The notes beneath the pieces were generated by a model, which was not told the origin of the DNA, did no database searches, and saw only the letters and a list, made by a program, of their open reading frames with translations. Both the position numbers and the translations under genes were made by a program. This document shows, one piece after another, positions 15,540 through 31,419 of a stretch of 64,000 nucleotides of DNA; the stretch's first letter is position 1, and each line of letters starts with the position of its first letter. The stretch lies in the NCBI RefSeq assembly GCF_009914755.1, contig NC_060936.1; one strand, written 5' to 3'. This DNA comes from the human T2T-CHM13v2.0 reference genome, Homo sapiens.

Positions 15540-16658
15540 TGGGTCATAGTTCTTAATCAGGGCTCATTATATTCATACTGGGGTTGGGGGGACAGGGGTT
15601 TGCAAAATAAATCTCCTAAGCGCCACCCTGGATATTACTTCTTTGATAGATCTGGGGTAGAAACTGAGAGTATACTTATTTTTTTTTAAGTTCCCTGAAT
15701 GGATTGACTCAAAAAGGGTTATGAGAGAACTTTCTGTAATTATAGAAATATTCTATTACGACCGGGATGGAATACTATTCGACCTTTAAAAAGCAGAAAA
15801 TTCTGTCATTTGTGATGTGAATGCATGTAGAGACACTATGCTAAGTGAAATAAACTAGGCAAAGAGAGACAATATCCAGAATACATAAAGAACTCTCAAA
15901 ACTCAGTAATAAGAAAATAATCAACCCAATAAAAAATTAGCAAAAGATTAGAGTAACACACTTCACCAAAGATATATAGATGGAAAATAAGTACATTAAA
16001 ACAGACAACAACAAAATGCAAATTAAAACCACAATGAGATGCCGCCACATACTTATTAGAATGGGAAAGAACAAACCTGACAAAACCAAATGTTGACAAG
16101 GATGAGGAGCAGCTGGTCTCATATATAGTCAGTGAGAATGCAAAATGGTATAGCTACTTTGGAAAACAGTTTGGCAGTCTTCAATAAAGTTAAAACAGAA
16201 GACAAAAATCATCAACAGTGGAAGCACATAAAAAGACCACAAAGCTAACAAAACTGAAAATCAAAATACAGAATAACTTAGAAATAGAAATGGGCAGAAT
16301 CCACACAATATCGCCAAATAACTATGACATGTAGGTGTTTCTAGGAGATCACAATAATTTGAAAGAAAAACAGTGAAATGACAGAAACCACAAAAAGACA
16401 GGAGAGTCAAAACCAATCTAACTTAATTAGTAAACTTCAAACAGTAAACACAACAAATGGAATAGAAAAAGTATTCACAAATATGTTAGAAGAAAAATAA
16501 TTCCACCAGATTATCATGCTAATGGAGCAACAGACATTCTCTAACTAAAAGAACTTGAGGGAGGGGCAAAAGCTGGACAATGATATCAAGCCAAACAACA
16601 GATAAATGGAGATAAAAGGACTGCTGATAAGTTCTGAATTTATTTAGGAGTAAAAATG

Positions 16659-17248
<590 letters not shown>

Positions 17249-18094
17249 AGAGTAAAAATAACTGGGAATTTTGGTGTATAGAACAAAATAAAACAGAACT
17301 ATTATAAACTTCAACAAAGTAAGAATAATCTGGCACTGGTGGTAGAAAGAAATACAGTATGTTAAATGATCCATACCATGAAAGATAAGGAAATTGGACG
17401 TTGCCCAAAATGAGACACTTATTCCTAACATTTCATATTTTCATAAATGGAAGCAATTTCTACTTCACAACCAAGATGAAAAAGTAAAAGGAACATCTTC
17501 AATTTATCTCTGCCTCTGCATTAAAAAACAAGGAAGTACACATGCTCAACCCAGCCCTATAGGATGTAGTTTCTATTCTCCCATGCAGTAAAATTATAGA
17601 GGCATTATCCACTCCTGCTGTGGTTGACAAGCACAGTCTATGACTATGTTGCTAAATAAGTCTAATTCAAAAATAAAGTATCATAAGGCTCATTCTGACT
17701 ACACAGTCGTACAACCTAGTTTTTACTAGGAATAAAGTGAATATTATTTCTGACAGTACAACCCTCCTTTGTGTGTGTGCATCTCTCCTTTGATTAGTCC
17801 GAAACTGGGAAAGTGAAGATTATTGCCCATCCCCCAACACCAACTTTACAGTTCAGTAAAATCATAATTCTAAAATAATTTTTAAAAGTTTATCCTAAGT
17901 TTAGCTATTCTTACATTTTACTTCCTTGTTATATTCAAGTAAATTTACTTCTTTTTATTTTAAAATGGTGTACATAATATGATCCCATCTTCATTTCTCT
18001 ATATCCATTCATCCTTTTATCTTTAAATGTACATAGAGAGACCCAGAATGATTTACATAATGTTTAAGATGGTTATTTCTAGATGGTAGATTAA

Positions 18095-18946
<852 letters not shown>

Positions 18947-19684
18947 ACTTAGTCTATACTATCGACTCTATATTGACAAAAGGTACAATCTACTGGAACT
19001 CATAATTCACTGATACACAAGAGAATTTTATATATTAAGGAAATCAAATTTTATCTCACAGACTCCCTTTTATCCCTTGGGATGTTGTCTTTAGATGCTG
19101 ACATGGTGATATCGGCATGCACAACTTTTATGATTATCTAAAGTTCCCAATCTTTTCTTTTTGATTTTAGGACTGCATGTTAGGAAGACTTTTCTCTTTT
19201 CAAAGGCAAAAAAAAAAAACTTCCTTAGTTTTCTTCTACTACTTTTATAGTTTTGTTTTTCACATTTTAAATCTGTGACATCTGGAAAAGAGGCCCTTCC
19301 ATGACTAGGAGTAAATAACAGTCTATACAGAAAGATACCAGACTGCAGATTAATGGGGGGAAGAAGGTGTTGGAAAAGTGTAGGGGACAGGAGAAGGAAG
19401 ACAATGAACAGGAGTCTGTGACAAGGCTGGAATCTTGAAACTGACTGAATGATAATTTATAGGTTTCCTTCTGACAGATGTTCTCAACCGAGGATGTTCC
19501 ATGGGCCATAAGGCAGTCAGTTCCTAACTATTCCATAAGAACAAGAGCTTCAGTAGAGAACAAGATCCAATCATCATTCTCTTTGTATCTGAATTTATCT
19601 CTAGATTGTTGTATTTCTCTTTGTTGCTATTATACACAGAATTTTTCTTCCTGTTATATTTGCTAACTGGTTGCTTATATGTAG

Positions 19685-19878
19685 CAAGGGGCCAGCCAAC
19701 TATGGGTCAAGCCAGCTCACTGCCTTCTTTGTAAATAAAGTGTTACTGGAACACAGACATCCTAATTAGTTTCATGCTACAATAGGAGAGGTGGGTAGCT
19801 GAGAGAGAGATCATATGGCCTGAAAAACCTAAAATATTTATCATCTGGCCCTTTACATTAAAAGTTTGCCAATCTCTG
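19685..19878 (+). mobile_element. MER58A DNA transposon
   Basis: TTTGTAAATAAAG...CCTAAAATATTTATCATCTGGCCCTTTAC...AAAGTTTGCC. Confidence 0.8.
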
Positions 19879-19949
19879 ATATATAGGGAAACTATTTGAT
19901 TACAATTTTTTGAGGTAAAATTGTAATACATATAATACAAAACTAATAA

Positions 19950-20242
19950 TTTTTTCTTTGAGACAGCGTCTCACTCTTTTGCCCAGGCTGGAGTGCAGTG
20001 CCATGATCTTGGCTAACTGCAACCTCCGCCTCCTTGGTTTAAGCAATTCCTGCCTCAGCCTCCTGAGTAGCTGGGACTACAGGTATGTGCCACCATGCCC
20101 CGCTAATTTTTGTATTTTTTTTGGAGAGACAGGGTTTCACCATGTTGGTCAGGCTGGTCTCAAACTCCTGACCTCAAGTGATCCACCCTTGTCAGCCTCC
20201 CAAAGTGCTGAGATTATAAGCATGAGCAACCGCACTCAGCCC
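19950..20242 (-). mobile_element. AluS
   Basis: Full dimer. Confidence 0.95.
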
Positions 20243-20869
20243 AAAATTAATAATGTTAAAATGTACAATTCAGTGGCATATGAGTACATTGATAATGCTC
20301 TGTGACTATCACCTCTATCTAGTTCCAAAACATTTGTATCACAAATGAAAACCCTGTACTGATTACCTTGTACCCATTAAGGAATCACTCTCTATTTTTC
20401 CCCCTGCCCCGAGCTACCACTAATTTGCTTTCTGTTTCTATGAATTCACCTGTTCTGGATGTTTCATATAAACGGAATCATATAATATGTGATCTTTGGT
20501 GTCTGGTTTCTTTCACTTAGAATGTGTCTGACATCCATGTTGTAGTATCTCATTTCTTTTTATGGTTCCATCATGTGAAGAGACCATATTTTGTTTATCC
20601 ATTCATCAGTGGACAGACATTTAGGTTGTTTCCACATTTTGGTGATTGTGAATAGTGCTGCTATGGACATTCATGTATAAGTTTTTGTTAGAATGCCTGC
20701 TTTAAATTCTTTTGGAATTCTGTGAGTGATATTGCTGGTAATTCTATGTTTAACTTTTTGTGGAAATGGCAAATTTTTCTACAGCAGCTGTACTATTTTA
20801 TTCTCTCACCAGCAATGTACAAGGGTTCCAATTTCTCCACACCCTCGCCAACAATTACTTTCCGTTTAA

Positions 20870-21058
<189 letters not shown>

Positions 21059-21170
21059 TAATAGTCATTTTGGTGCATATGAAGTGGTATTGCACTGTGG
21101 TTTTGTTTTGCATTTTCCTAATGACTAATGGTGTTGAACATCTTTTCAGGTGCCTGTAGCCATTGTTTGT

Positions 21171-21420
21171 TATATATATATTATATATATAAAGTATATA
21201 TATAATATATATATAAAGTATATATATAAAGTATATATATATAAAGTATATATATATAAAGTATATATATATAAAGTATATATATAAAAAGTATATAAAG
21301 TATATATAAAGTATATATATATAAAGTATATATATAAAGTGTATATATAGTGTATATATATAAAGTATATATGTAATATATATTAAGTATATATATAAAG
21401 TATATATACATATATATACT
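21171..21420. repeat. AT-rich array of AAAG(TA)n units
   Basis: About 250 bp of TA runs punctuated by AAAG. Confidence 0.97.
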
Positions 21421-21429
21421 TTAAACTTC

Positions 21430-22311
21430 GACAAATAAAACTGAAAAGACAGCACATCAACAGAAAAATGAACAAGACAATTAAAAGGTAATTTACAGAA
21501 AGAAAAACCTCCAAAACTAATATGTATAAGAAATGCTCAAACTTAGTAACTAGAAAAGTACAAATTAAAAGAATCAAACATCAGTTTATGCTTATTAGAT
21601 CAGTAAAGTTTATAAAGCTGGATAATTTTTAAATGTTGGGACATAAGGATATGAGAAGACTCATGCATTGTTAGTGGGAATATAGACTTGTTCAGCTACT
21701 GTGAATAGCAATCTGGCATTTCTTAGTCAAACTACATATGGGGCTAACCTATGTCCCAGCAATTCTATTGATTTGTATATACACTCCAAACAAATACTTA
21801 ACACAGAGTCATGTGCAAGGATGTTCAGTGCAGAACAATTTGTGGTGTCAGGAAACTAGAAGTAAACAGGTAGCTATCATTAAGATAACAGATATAATAT
21901 GGTAAAGGTCTCACAGAGCATTATACAGCTGTTAGAAGCAATGGATTAGCAGTATCAACATGAGTACATCTTAGACATTTAGTGCTTGTGGGAAAAAAAC
22001 AGAATAAGAAATACAACACAATAGCATTTATGTAAGTTAAAAATAAATGCACATAAAACAATATCTGTTTTGCATGAACACACAGTTACAAAAAGATAAA
22101 TATATTAGAATATAACCACAATGTATACTGTATAACAAACAATGCATTTATGTATGGGAGAAGGGAAATTCAAATAGGAATAAAGGAGGCTAAAGAAAGA
22201 AAACAAGGAAGAGACCTTACATAAACCTGTAATGATAATGTCTTAAACTAATTCTCTGCACCTAAGGCTAATAAAAATTGTATCTAGCCACATCGCTGGA
22301 TTCTCTTATTT

Positions 22312-22358
<47 letters not shown>

Positions 22359-24880
22359 TTTTGAGATGGAGTCTCACTCTGTCGCCCAGGCTGGAGTGTA
22401 GTGGCGCGACCTTGGCTCACTGCAAGCTCTGCCTCCCGGGTTCACAGCATTCTCCTGCCTCAGCCTCCTGAGTAGCTGGGACTACAGGCACCTGCCACCA
22501 TGCCTGGCTAATTTTTTTTTTTTTTTTTTAGTAGAGACAGGGTTTCACCGTGCTAACCAGGATGATCTCGATCTCCTGACCTGGTGATCCCCCTGCCTCG
22601 GCCTCCCAAAGTGCTGGGATTACAGGCGTGAGCCACAGCGCCCGGCCTGGATTCTCTTATTATTAATAGTACCTTTTCAGTTGATTCTCCTAGATATTTT
22701 GGGATATAATAATATTGTCCTAAAAACAGCAATAAATTTTACTTCCTCTTCCATTTTTATACCTTTTATACTGCATTAGTTAGTACCTCTGGCACAATAA
22801 GTAATAGTGATGACAGCCAGCATTTGTATCTTGCTCCAGACTTTGTAGAACTTCTAAATTTTACCCATTAAGCATGATGCTGACTTTTGAGCTGATTTGG
22901 TAGCCTTCTATTTCTGGTTTAGTACTAAATTTTATTAGGAATAAATATTGAACTTTATCAAAAGTATTTTCAGCATCTATGGAAGTGATCATATAATTAT
23001 ACTCTGATCTACTAATATAATGACATATTAATATATTTCCAATACTGAATTATTCCTGCATTTTCAACATGAATGTAGGATATACATTTAAAATATGCTT
23101 CTGTATCCTATTTGATAATTCTACACATTGTTTCCTCTTCTTTTATCATGTTTTAGAACAATTTATATATCACTGAAGTCACATGTTTCTTAAACTTTGG
23201 TAGAACCCAACTATGAAACTATCTAAGCCTGATGTTTTTTGTGGAGGTAACTCTTTGACAATATTCTTTATTCCTTCCATAGGAGTTATGCTTTGAAAAG
23301 ATCAATAAAGTATAAAAACATCTAGCAAGTCGAAGAAAGAAAAAGAAGAAAAAAATAAATATCTATTAGTAATGTAAGAAAGGGACTATCATAGCAATTG
23401 TGGTACTTATTAAATAAAAGATATGGTATACAACTTTAGCAATACATGTGAGAATGGAAGACTAGATTTAACGGCAGGTATTTTAGGAAAATATGCATTA
23501 ATAGCAAATTCAATTATCAAACTGACTGACAAGAAACCTAGAATAACCAATAAACACAAATGAAATAAAAAGTATGTCAAAGATGATCTAAGTCAGGAAT
23601 TGTTTCACTGCAATGAACAGAAATCTACTCAAACTAGGTCATACAAACAAAAAAAAGCATTGGAAGAATATAGGAGTATTTCATGGAAACTTGTGCTCAA
23701 GTAGTATAGTCAAGTCTAAGGATTCTGGAATGTTAGAACCCAACTCCTTTTTGGAATTGAATTCTCTCTTGTTTGTTCCTTTCTGCATATGTGTTCATTC
23801 TTTTGTCTTTCTACAACCACCTTTCTATGCAAAGATATCTATTTTTTATGACTACTCAGTGCCAAGGCCCAATACCAACTGACTACAGTCTCTGCATCCC
23901 TTTTCCAAATTCCAAATGGGCAAAGCTTAGCTCAGGTATCAATTATTGACTCAATAAACCTTCCAGAGGAGAAAGAATGAAAGTAGATTACAGAGTCACC
24001 AGCTACTAAATTAGAGGCTAAATTCATGTATTAACTAGGGGTTTGATGTGGGCAGTTTGATGTGTGGACTGGACAGGAATCTCGAAATTGCTATAAAAAT
24101 AATCTGACTCCTCTCAAAAACCCCTGACCCAAATTGCTTTATAGGTGAATTCTAGCAAAGGTTTATGGAACACAGAAGTCCTATGTTATTTATACTGTTG
24201 GGGGCATAAAAAGGATAGGAAGTTACTATAAGGCTAACATGATCTCATTGTTAAAATTAACAAAATTAGCTCCCAAAAGAAAAATATGAATTAATCACAC
24301 TTGTGAATAGAGATGTCAAAGTTTCCATGTAAACACACATTCATATTAACACATATGTGCATATATGCACATTTATATTTTCATATTTTAAAACTACTAC
24401 CAGTGTTGTATTTCTTATCTTCTTATGGGTGATATTACACAGACACTTTCTTCGTATCATTTGAATTCTTTACTATGATTGTATTTTTCATCAGAAAAAA
24501 TCCACATTTTAAAAATTAAATAGCCTAGAAATGATCGTAAAATATTAAAAATTTACATTAACACTTATATTTACTTACCTCACTGAATTGGAAATGATCC
24601 AATAAGTAGTGTTGGAATAACTGGCCATCATTTTGTGGAAAATGATCATCATTTGGGGAAAAAGAAGTTAGAGTGTAACCTCAGTGTCAATGTAAATTCT
24701 AGATGGAACAAAGATTTATATGTGTAAATAAAACTCTAAATGTATTACAAAAACATTGTAAATATTTATATCATCTTTGGGTGGGAAAGGGGCATTGAGG
24801 CTTATCGCTAATGATATAAACCATAAAAGTTTGAATACAAAAAAGTTTAACATGTAAAATATATTTTTTTATTTCTCTCT
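21430..24880. mobile_element. Cluster of very old L1M fragments in both orientations, with an old MaLR-like LTR at about 23590-24080
   Basis: Degenerate L1 ORF2/3' motifs; switches in A/T skew at about 22660 and 23290. Confidence 0.55.
22309..22646 (-). mobile_element. AluY with (TTTA)n tail
   Basis: AluY diagnostics; TSD TGGATTCTCTTATT. Confidence 0.95.
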
Positions 24881-24887
24881 CTCTCTC

Positions 24888-25468
<581 letters not shown>

Positions 25469-26357
25469 TCAAAAGACTGTTTCCAATTAAAAATACACAC
25501 CTAGTCCCAACTTCTCTTCCTAGCTTCAGTCCCTGCTAACCAACTGTATCGGGATATCCCACTGTTACCCTAACCTCAATACACCTAAAACAAACTTTGA
25601 TACACCTAAAATTAAGCTTATCCTAATTTCTAAACTAGTTCCTTTTAACTTTGTTATGTCTCTCTTCATGGGATCTCAAAATATAATCAGTGACTCCTCC
25701 TTTTCCAAAAACCTACATGTCACTCTACTCTGATGGTTATTCTTCTTTTTAATTATCTTCCTTTCATTCAATCTTTCCTTTCTATTCCCACATTACCCCA
25801 AATTATGCCCCTAATTGCAAAAAATATTAACACTAAGCCAGACAATTAAAAAGGGTATTTTAACCTCAAAATTAGAATCTGACCCCATACCATACATAAT
25901 ACCAATAAAAGGCTTGGCAGCACATTCTCTAAGACATATACACTGTAGCACAGTAATTTAATATTAAGTCATTCTATTACAGCCTTTTAACTCCTGCTGG
26001 CCTACATCACTTAAAACAAGAAAACTAAATAAAAATACGTGTCATTAAGATATTTAATTTGTTGTTGCTGTTGCTATTGAGAAGACAGATAGGATAAGAT
26101 AAAAATGGCAAAAGTAACCAGAGTCAATAGAATTCTCTTTTTTTTAAATAGCATTTTTTAATCTCTAGGAAACCCTAATATCCAATTATTTAAAATATGC
26201 AACCCAAACCAAATAAAAATATTTGAGAATGAATTTTATGTCAAATTTCAAAAACCTATCGTTATATCTTTTATAATACTAAAAATTATTTTGGTATTAC
26301 CATCACAGAAATCATACAATTCTAGAACTAGAAGGGACCTTGGCAATTATGTAGTTA

Positions 26358-26718
<361 letters not shown>

Positions 26719-27971
26719 TCACACAAATAACCAAATGCCTTCTATACCCTGTGCAAAGCATACAGAGGCCATGCTGACTGATGGACATGGCTAATTTCAG
26801 TTTGACAAAAATAAAATAGGCTACTGCTTTCTAATAAGTCCAATTCCTATTCCAATCAGTTAAAGTTCTAGACATATGAAGAGTCAGTTGTGTTTCTCAA
26901 ACACGTTCATGCCAGCTGAACTTATTTTCATCACGTAATTTAAATTTTATATAAACTGAGAATATAAAAAGTAAAGTTTTATAGAAAATGAAACTGAATG
27001 CTTCAAAAAGCCTTGATAAAAGGTGAATCACCAAAAAAGTTTGTCTAATTAACTATCTGTAGATAAGACAGCTAAACTAGATGGGAAGAAAAAAATGTAC
27101 TAAAGGAATTCTGTATTCAAGTTTGCTTCACCATGGTCTTGAAGGTTTTAATCAACTTTAACGAATAATAGGCAATATCAGTCTGCGGGTGTAATTTACA
27201 CAGGAAAGTCAACTTGAAATTCCATCAGCAAAATCAGCAGAACAATACTCATTTATACATTCAATACACAAGGACATACTGACACCCACCCTGTGCCACG
27301 TATTGAGCCACCAGACCTAACTATGGTTTTAAAAATATTACTCTGAATTCCACATGGAACAGATGGGAAAGGTAGGCACAAAAATGGAAGTGGAAAACTT
27401 AGGAGGCTTTTACAGTAATCTTGTAAAAAATGCTGGTGGCCTGGATATTATGATAGCAGTGGGAGGGTGTTATTTGAATGGATATGAGATTTAATTTGAA
27501 GGGAAAAGCTCTAACAATTGTTTTAGGACTAGATATGAAGTTTGAGTACAAAAAGAAGAAAGGGTAGCTCCTGGGTTTTTGCAGAACTAGGTGAATGTTG
27601 ACATTTACTGTGATATAGAGAAGCCATGGGAGGTAGAGGAGATGGAGACAAAATCAGCTTAAGATGCTTATTTTGAATCCAAGTAAAAATACTAGATAGG
27701 CAAATCTGGAATTCAAGATAGAGGCCAGTGCAGGTAATACACGATAGGGAATTATCAGGTATTCAAGTATGCAACTAGATGAGATCACCTAAAGAATAAA
27801 TGTGGATAAAGAAGTGAGCAAAAGAACTCAGACCTGGAATCAAGCCTTACATCAAAAACTATCAAATTAATGCACACTTTTCTATTTTTTTTTTAAATGA
27901 TTTCCTTTTTCAAGTAACTGCAGGTTCCAATGGTGTCACATAAGAGACGATTTCTTAGAAACTCCCTTTTC

Positions 27972-28279
27972 AGGCTGGACGCAGTGGTGCATGCCTGTAA
28001 TCCCAGCACTTTGGGAGGCTGAGGCAGGCAGATTGCTTGAAGTCAGGAGTTCAAGACTAGCCTGGCCAACATGGTGAAACTCCATCTCTACTAAAAATAC
28101 AAAAATTAGCCAGGCATGGTGGCACACACCTGTAATTCCACTAGCTACTCGGGAGGCTGAGGCAAGAGAATCACCTTGAACCCAGGAGGCAGAGGTTGCA
28201 GTGAGCTGAAATCATGCCACTACACTCCAGCCTGCGTGACAAAATGAGACCCTGCCTCAAAGAAAAAAAAAAAAAAAAA
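27972..28279 (+). mobile_element. AluS
   Basis: Full dimer with A tail. Confidence 0.95.
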
Positions 28280-28325
28280 CCTCTCTTTTCATGTAAGTAC
28301 ACTGACTCATGTATCTTCAAGAAGC

Positions 28326-28735
28326 TGATCTAATTTGGATATGTGTCCCTGCCCAAATGTCATATTGAAATGTAATCCCCAGTGTTGGAGGTGGGGCCTA
28401 CTGGGAGGTGACTGGATCAAAAGGGCAGGTTTCTCGAATTATTTAGCATCATCCCTTTTGGTACATCTTTACAATGGCGAGTTCTCATGAAATCTGGTCA
28501 TTTAAAAGTGTGTAGCACCTCCCCCCGACTCTCTTGCTTCTGCCTTTGCTATGCAACATGCCTGCTCCCCCTTTGCCTTCCACCATGATTGTAACCTTCC
28601 TGAGGCTCCCCAAAAGCAGACGCTGCTATGCTTCCTGAGCAGCCTGCAGAACCATGAGCCAATTAGACCTCTTTTCTTTATATATAACTCAGTCTCAGGT
28701 ATTTCCTTATAGCAATGCAAGAACGGCCTACTACA
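28326..28735 (+). mobile_element. MSTA solo LTR
   Basis: TG...CA termini with 5-bp TSD GAAGC (28321-28325; 28736-28740). Confidence 0.9.
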
Positions 28736-29217
28736 GAAGCATTCTAGAATTCCTCCTCTCTCAGTCTCATATCTCACACCCAGCACTCCCCAACACATAC
28801 ACACAAACACACACACACACACCTCTAGAACTCACACTCATCACCTTTACCCCTTTTCCCACCCCTTTAAAGTTGTCTTTCCTTTGTGCTTTCACAATTG
28901 TATTTGCAGATTTCCACAGAGGTCCTTTTTAACATTGTATGTTCTAATTGTCCTTTAGTGGTGTGAAAGTTTCCTTACAGGCAAGAACCATAACCTTCAT
29001 CTTTGTATCTCCAATGACTTGCACAGTACCTGGTAGATAACAGGCTCTCACTGAATGTTTTCCTGAATGACTAAATGAAGGGAGAGAGATTTACCCAAGG
29101 TCAGTCCCACGGCCATTTAATAGGAAAGTAAGAATTATAAAGTAGGTCTTAGTACAGTCAGATGTTCTAAACTTACTTCAGTCTGTCATTCAAAGAATTA
29201 CATATTCAGGCCTCACC

Positions 29218-29346
29218 TTATCTATATATTTTATTTCTTATTTATCATCCTGTGAATACACTATGCTCAGTCTTGACTAAAAGTTATCTATATATTTTAT
29301 TTATTTATCATCCTGTGAATACACTATGCTCAGTCTTGACTAAAAG
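29218..29346 (+). repeat. Two-copy tandem duplication, units of 66 and 63 bp
   Basis: TTATCTATATATTTTATTT...TCATCCTGTGAATACACTATGCTCAGTCTTGACTAAAAG twice. Confidence 0.95.
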
Positions 29347-31419
29347 TCTAGTTATCTAACCAAAATTCACTTTTCCTCAGCCTGTTCAGAACCTATGCCT
29401 TGAGCTAATTTCTTACCTCTCTCATAAAAAATCCCCCTCACATTCCAACCTGAATCATTTCCCCCACTCCCCTCCCCTCACCTGCTACACACACCTTTGT
29501 TAACATCCTATACAATCTGATTTCTATCCTTACACCTACATTGAAGTGTTATCTCAAAGTTCACCAAAAGCCTTTGTAACAGATAAAGTATAATTTTCAA
29601 AACAGTAAAATTATGACTCTCATACAAACATGAAATGAAGATCTGGCAAAAAATTTACGTAATTCATTGATTAAGGAAGAAAGAAATAAGATGTTAAAAC
29701 TGATTCAAATAAGAATCTGATTTACTATTTCTCAACTTACAAAATTCATTTTCATGGCACAAACATAATTTGCATTGGTATGGGCAGAAAACATTTGTAC
29801 TGCTTTCAGTTTTCTACAACTTAACTTTTATCCCTTTTTACAGAGTTGTGAAACAGCCTTGTCAATCAAATACAAAGATGCATATCCCTTAATCAGAATC
29901 ATATAACTCCTGGAGGGTCCTCTAAACAACATCTAGCATTCTAGATATGCAATAATTTCCTTTTCCCACCTCTAAGTCTTTGATAATTTTTCCTACATAA
30001 TTGTCAAAACTCATCCTAACCTGCCTCCTGTAGTGCAAGGTAAAATCACTCTTGCCACATTCAGTTTCCATAATATGGCACTCTCCTGGATCCTCTTTTT
30101 ACCTCTCTGGTTCTCTTTCGCCTCCTTCACCAGCTCCTATTCATCTTAAACATAGTATTCGCTGAGTTTTTTCACTGGGCTTTTGACTAACATAACTTTT
30201 TATGGCTGTATCCAATCTCATCCAGGCATGCTTCATCCATTACTTATACAGGAATTATTCCCATATGCACAGATCCAATGTCTATAATTCCCAGAGTGAA
30301 ATTTCTATTTTCTCCATTTCTCATGTTGATATCTTAGCAGTGCTTCAAATTGGTCAACAACCTAAACTCACTCTTTTCCTCACCTACCTATGGTCTATTT
30401 CTGTGTTTCCTAACTTAATGTCTAATTGTCACAGAGGCACAAAGTATGAGGATCTTACACTCTACTTTCTCCCTCACCCTCCTCCTCTGTGAAACTGTGT
30501 TTTCCAGGCAGTCACCTAAGCTTTTCACTGTACCTCTACAGGCTTCCTCTTATATCTTCCCCTTCCTCATAGCCTTTCCCCTTGTTTAAGCCTGTATTAT
30601 CTTTCACTTGAACTGTTGATAAAGTCTCCAAACTAGTATCTTGACTCTCTCTTCTAACATTCACTCAGCTGCTAAATTTATATTTCCCCAAACAAGGGCA
30701 GCTTTTCTGAACTATACCCACTTATCTGAGTTCTTATATAATAGGCAACAATGTTGTTTTAGGATATCCACCTACTTCCTACTCATTTTACTTCAGTTAC
30801 TTCAGTTCAGTCAAGCTGATTCCACCAGTGAAGCACACTTCAGCTAAGACAATCATAAACTCATGATGACTAGTTCAGAAACTGGCCCAAAAGAGCCAAT
30901 GAAGTGCCATAAGACTTTTGCTGAGACTTCTGGGCCAAAGGTGTATGCTTTTTGCTGAGATAAATGCCATTGTTATTGCTATATTTTGCCACCAGAGGAC
31001 AGCCTATTTGAGAAGTCAAGGCAGAATAAGTGAAGTTCAGAGATGCAAAGAGAAATGTGATCCTGGTAACATCTTCTGAGTCCTGGTATCAAGCGATGTC
31101 CAAAGCCAGTTTCCCTTAGGTTATTCAATTACATCTACCAATAAACTTTCTTTTTGCTTAAGCCTGTTTGACTCAGGCAACCAACTAGCAAACAAAAAAG
31201 TACTAAACAACATCTCCTATCTTTTCATGCACCACATGACTCAGCTACATCAGCCTCCTCACCACTATCAGAATACTGTGCCTTTCCTTAAGCTATTCTT
31301 TCAGTCTGGAATTTGCTTCTCTCTGCTTGGAATTCCCTTCCCTCCATGCCTTGCTTATTAAGATCCACTTTACACTTCAAGTTTCAGTTTAACTGCCTCA
31401 GTGAAATAATCACCAGAGA

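Noticed and set aside
29138-29150. AAAGTAGGTCT as the known intronic RORE
   Set aside because: Final base is T rather than A, and no paired site was seen.
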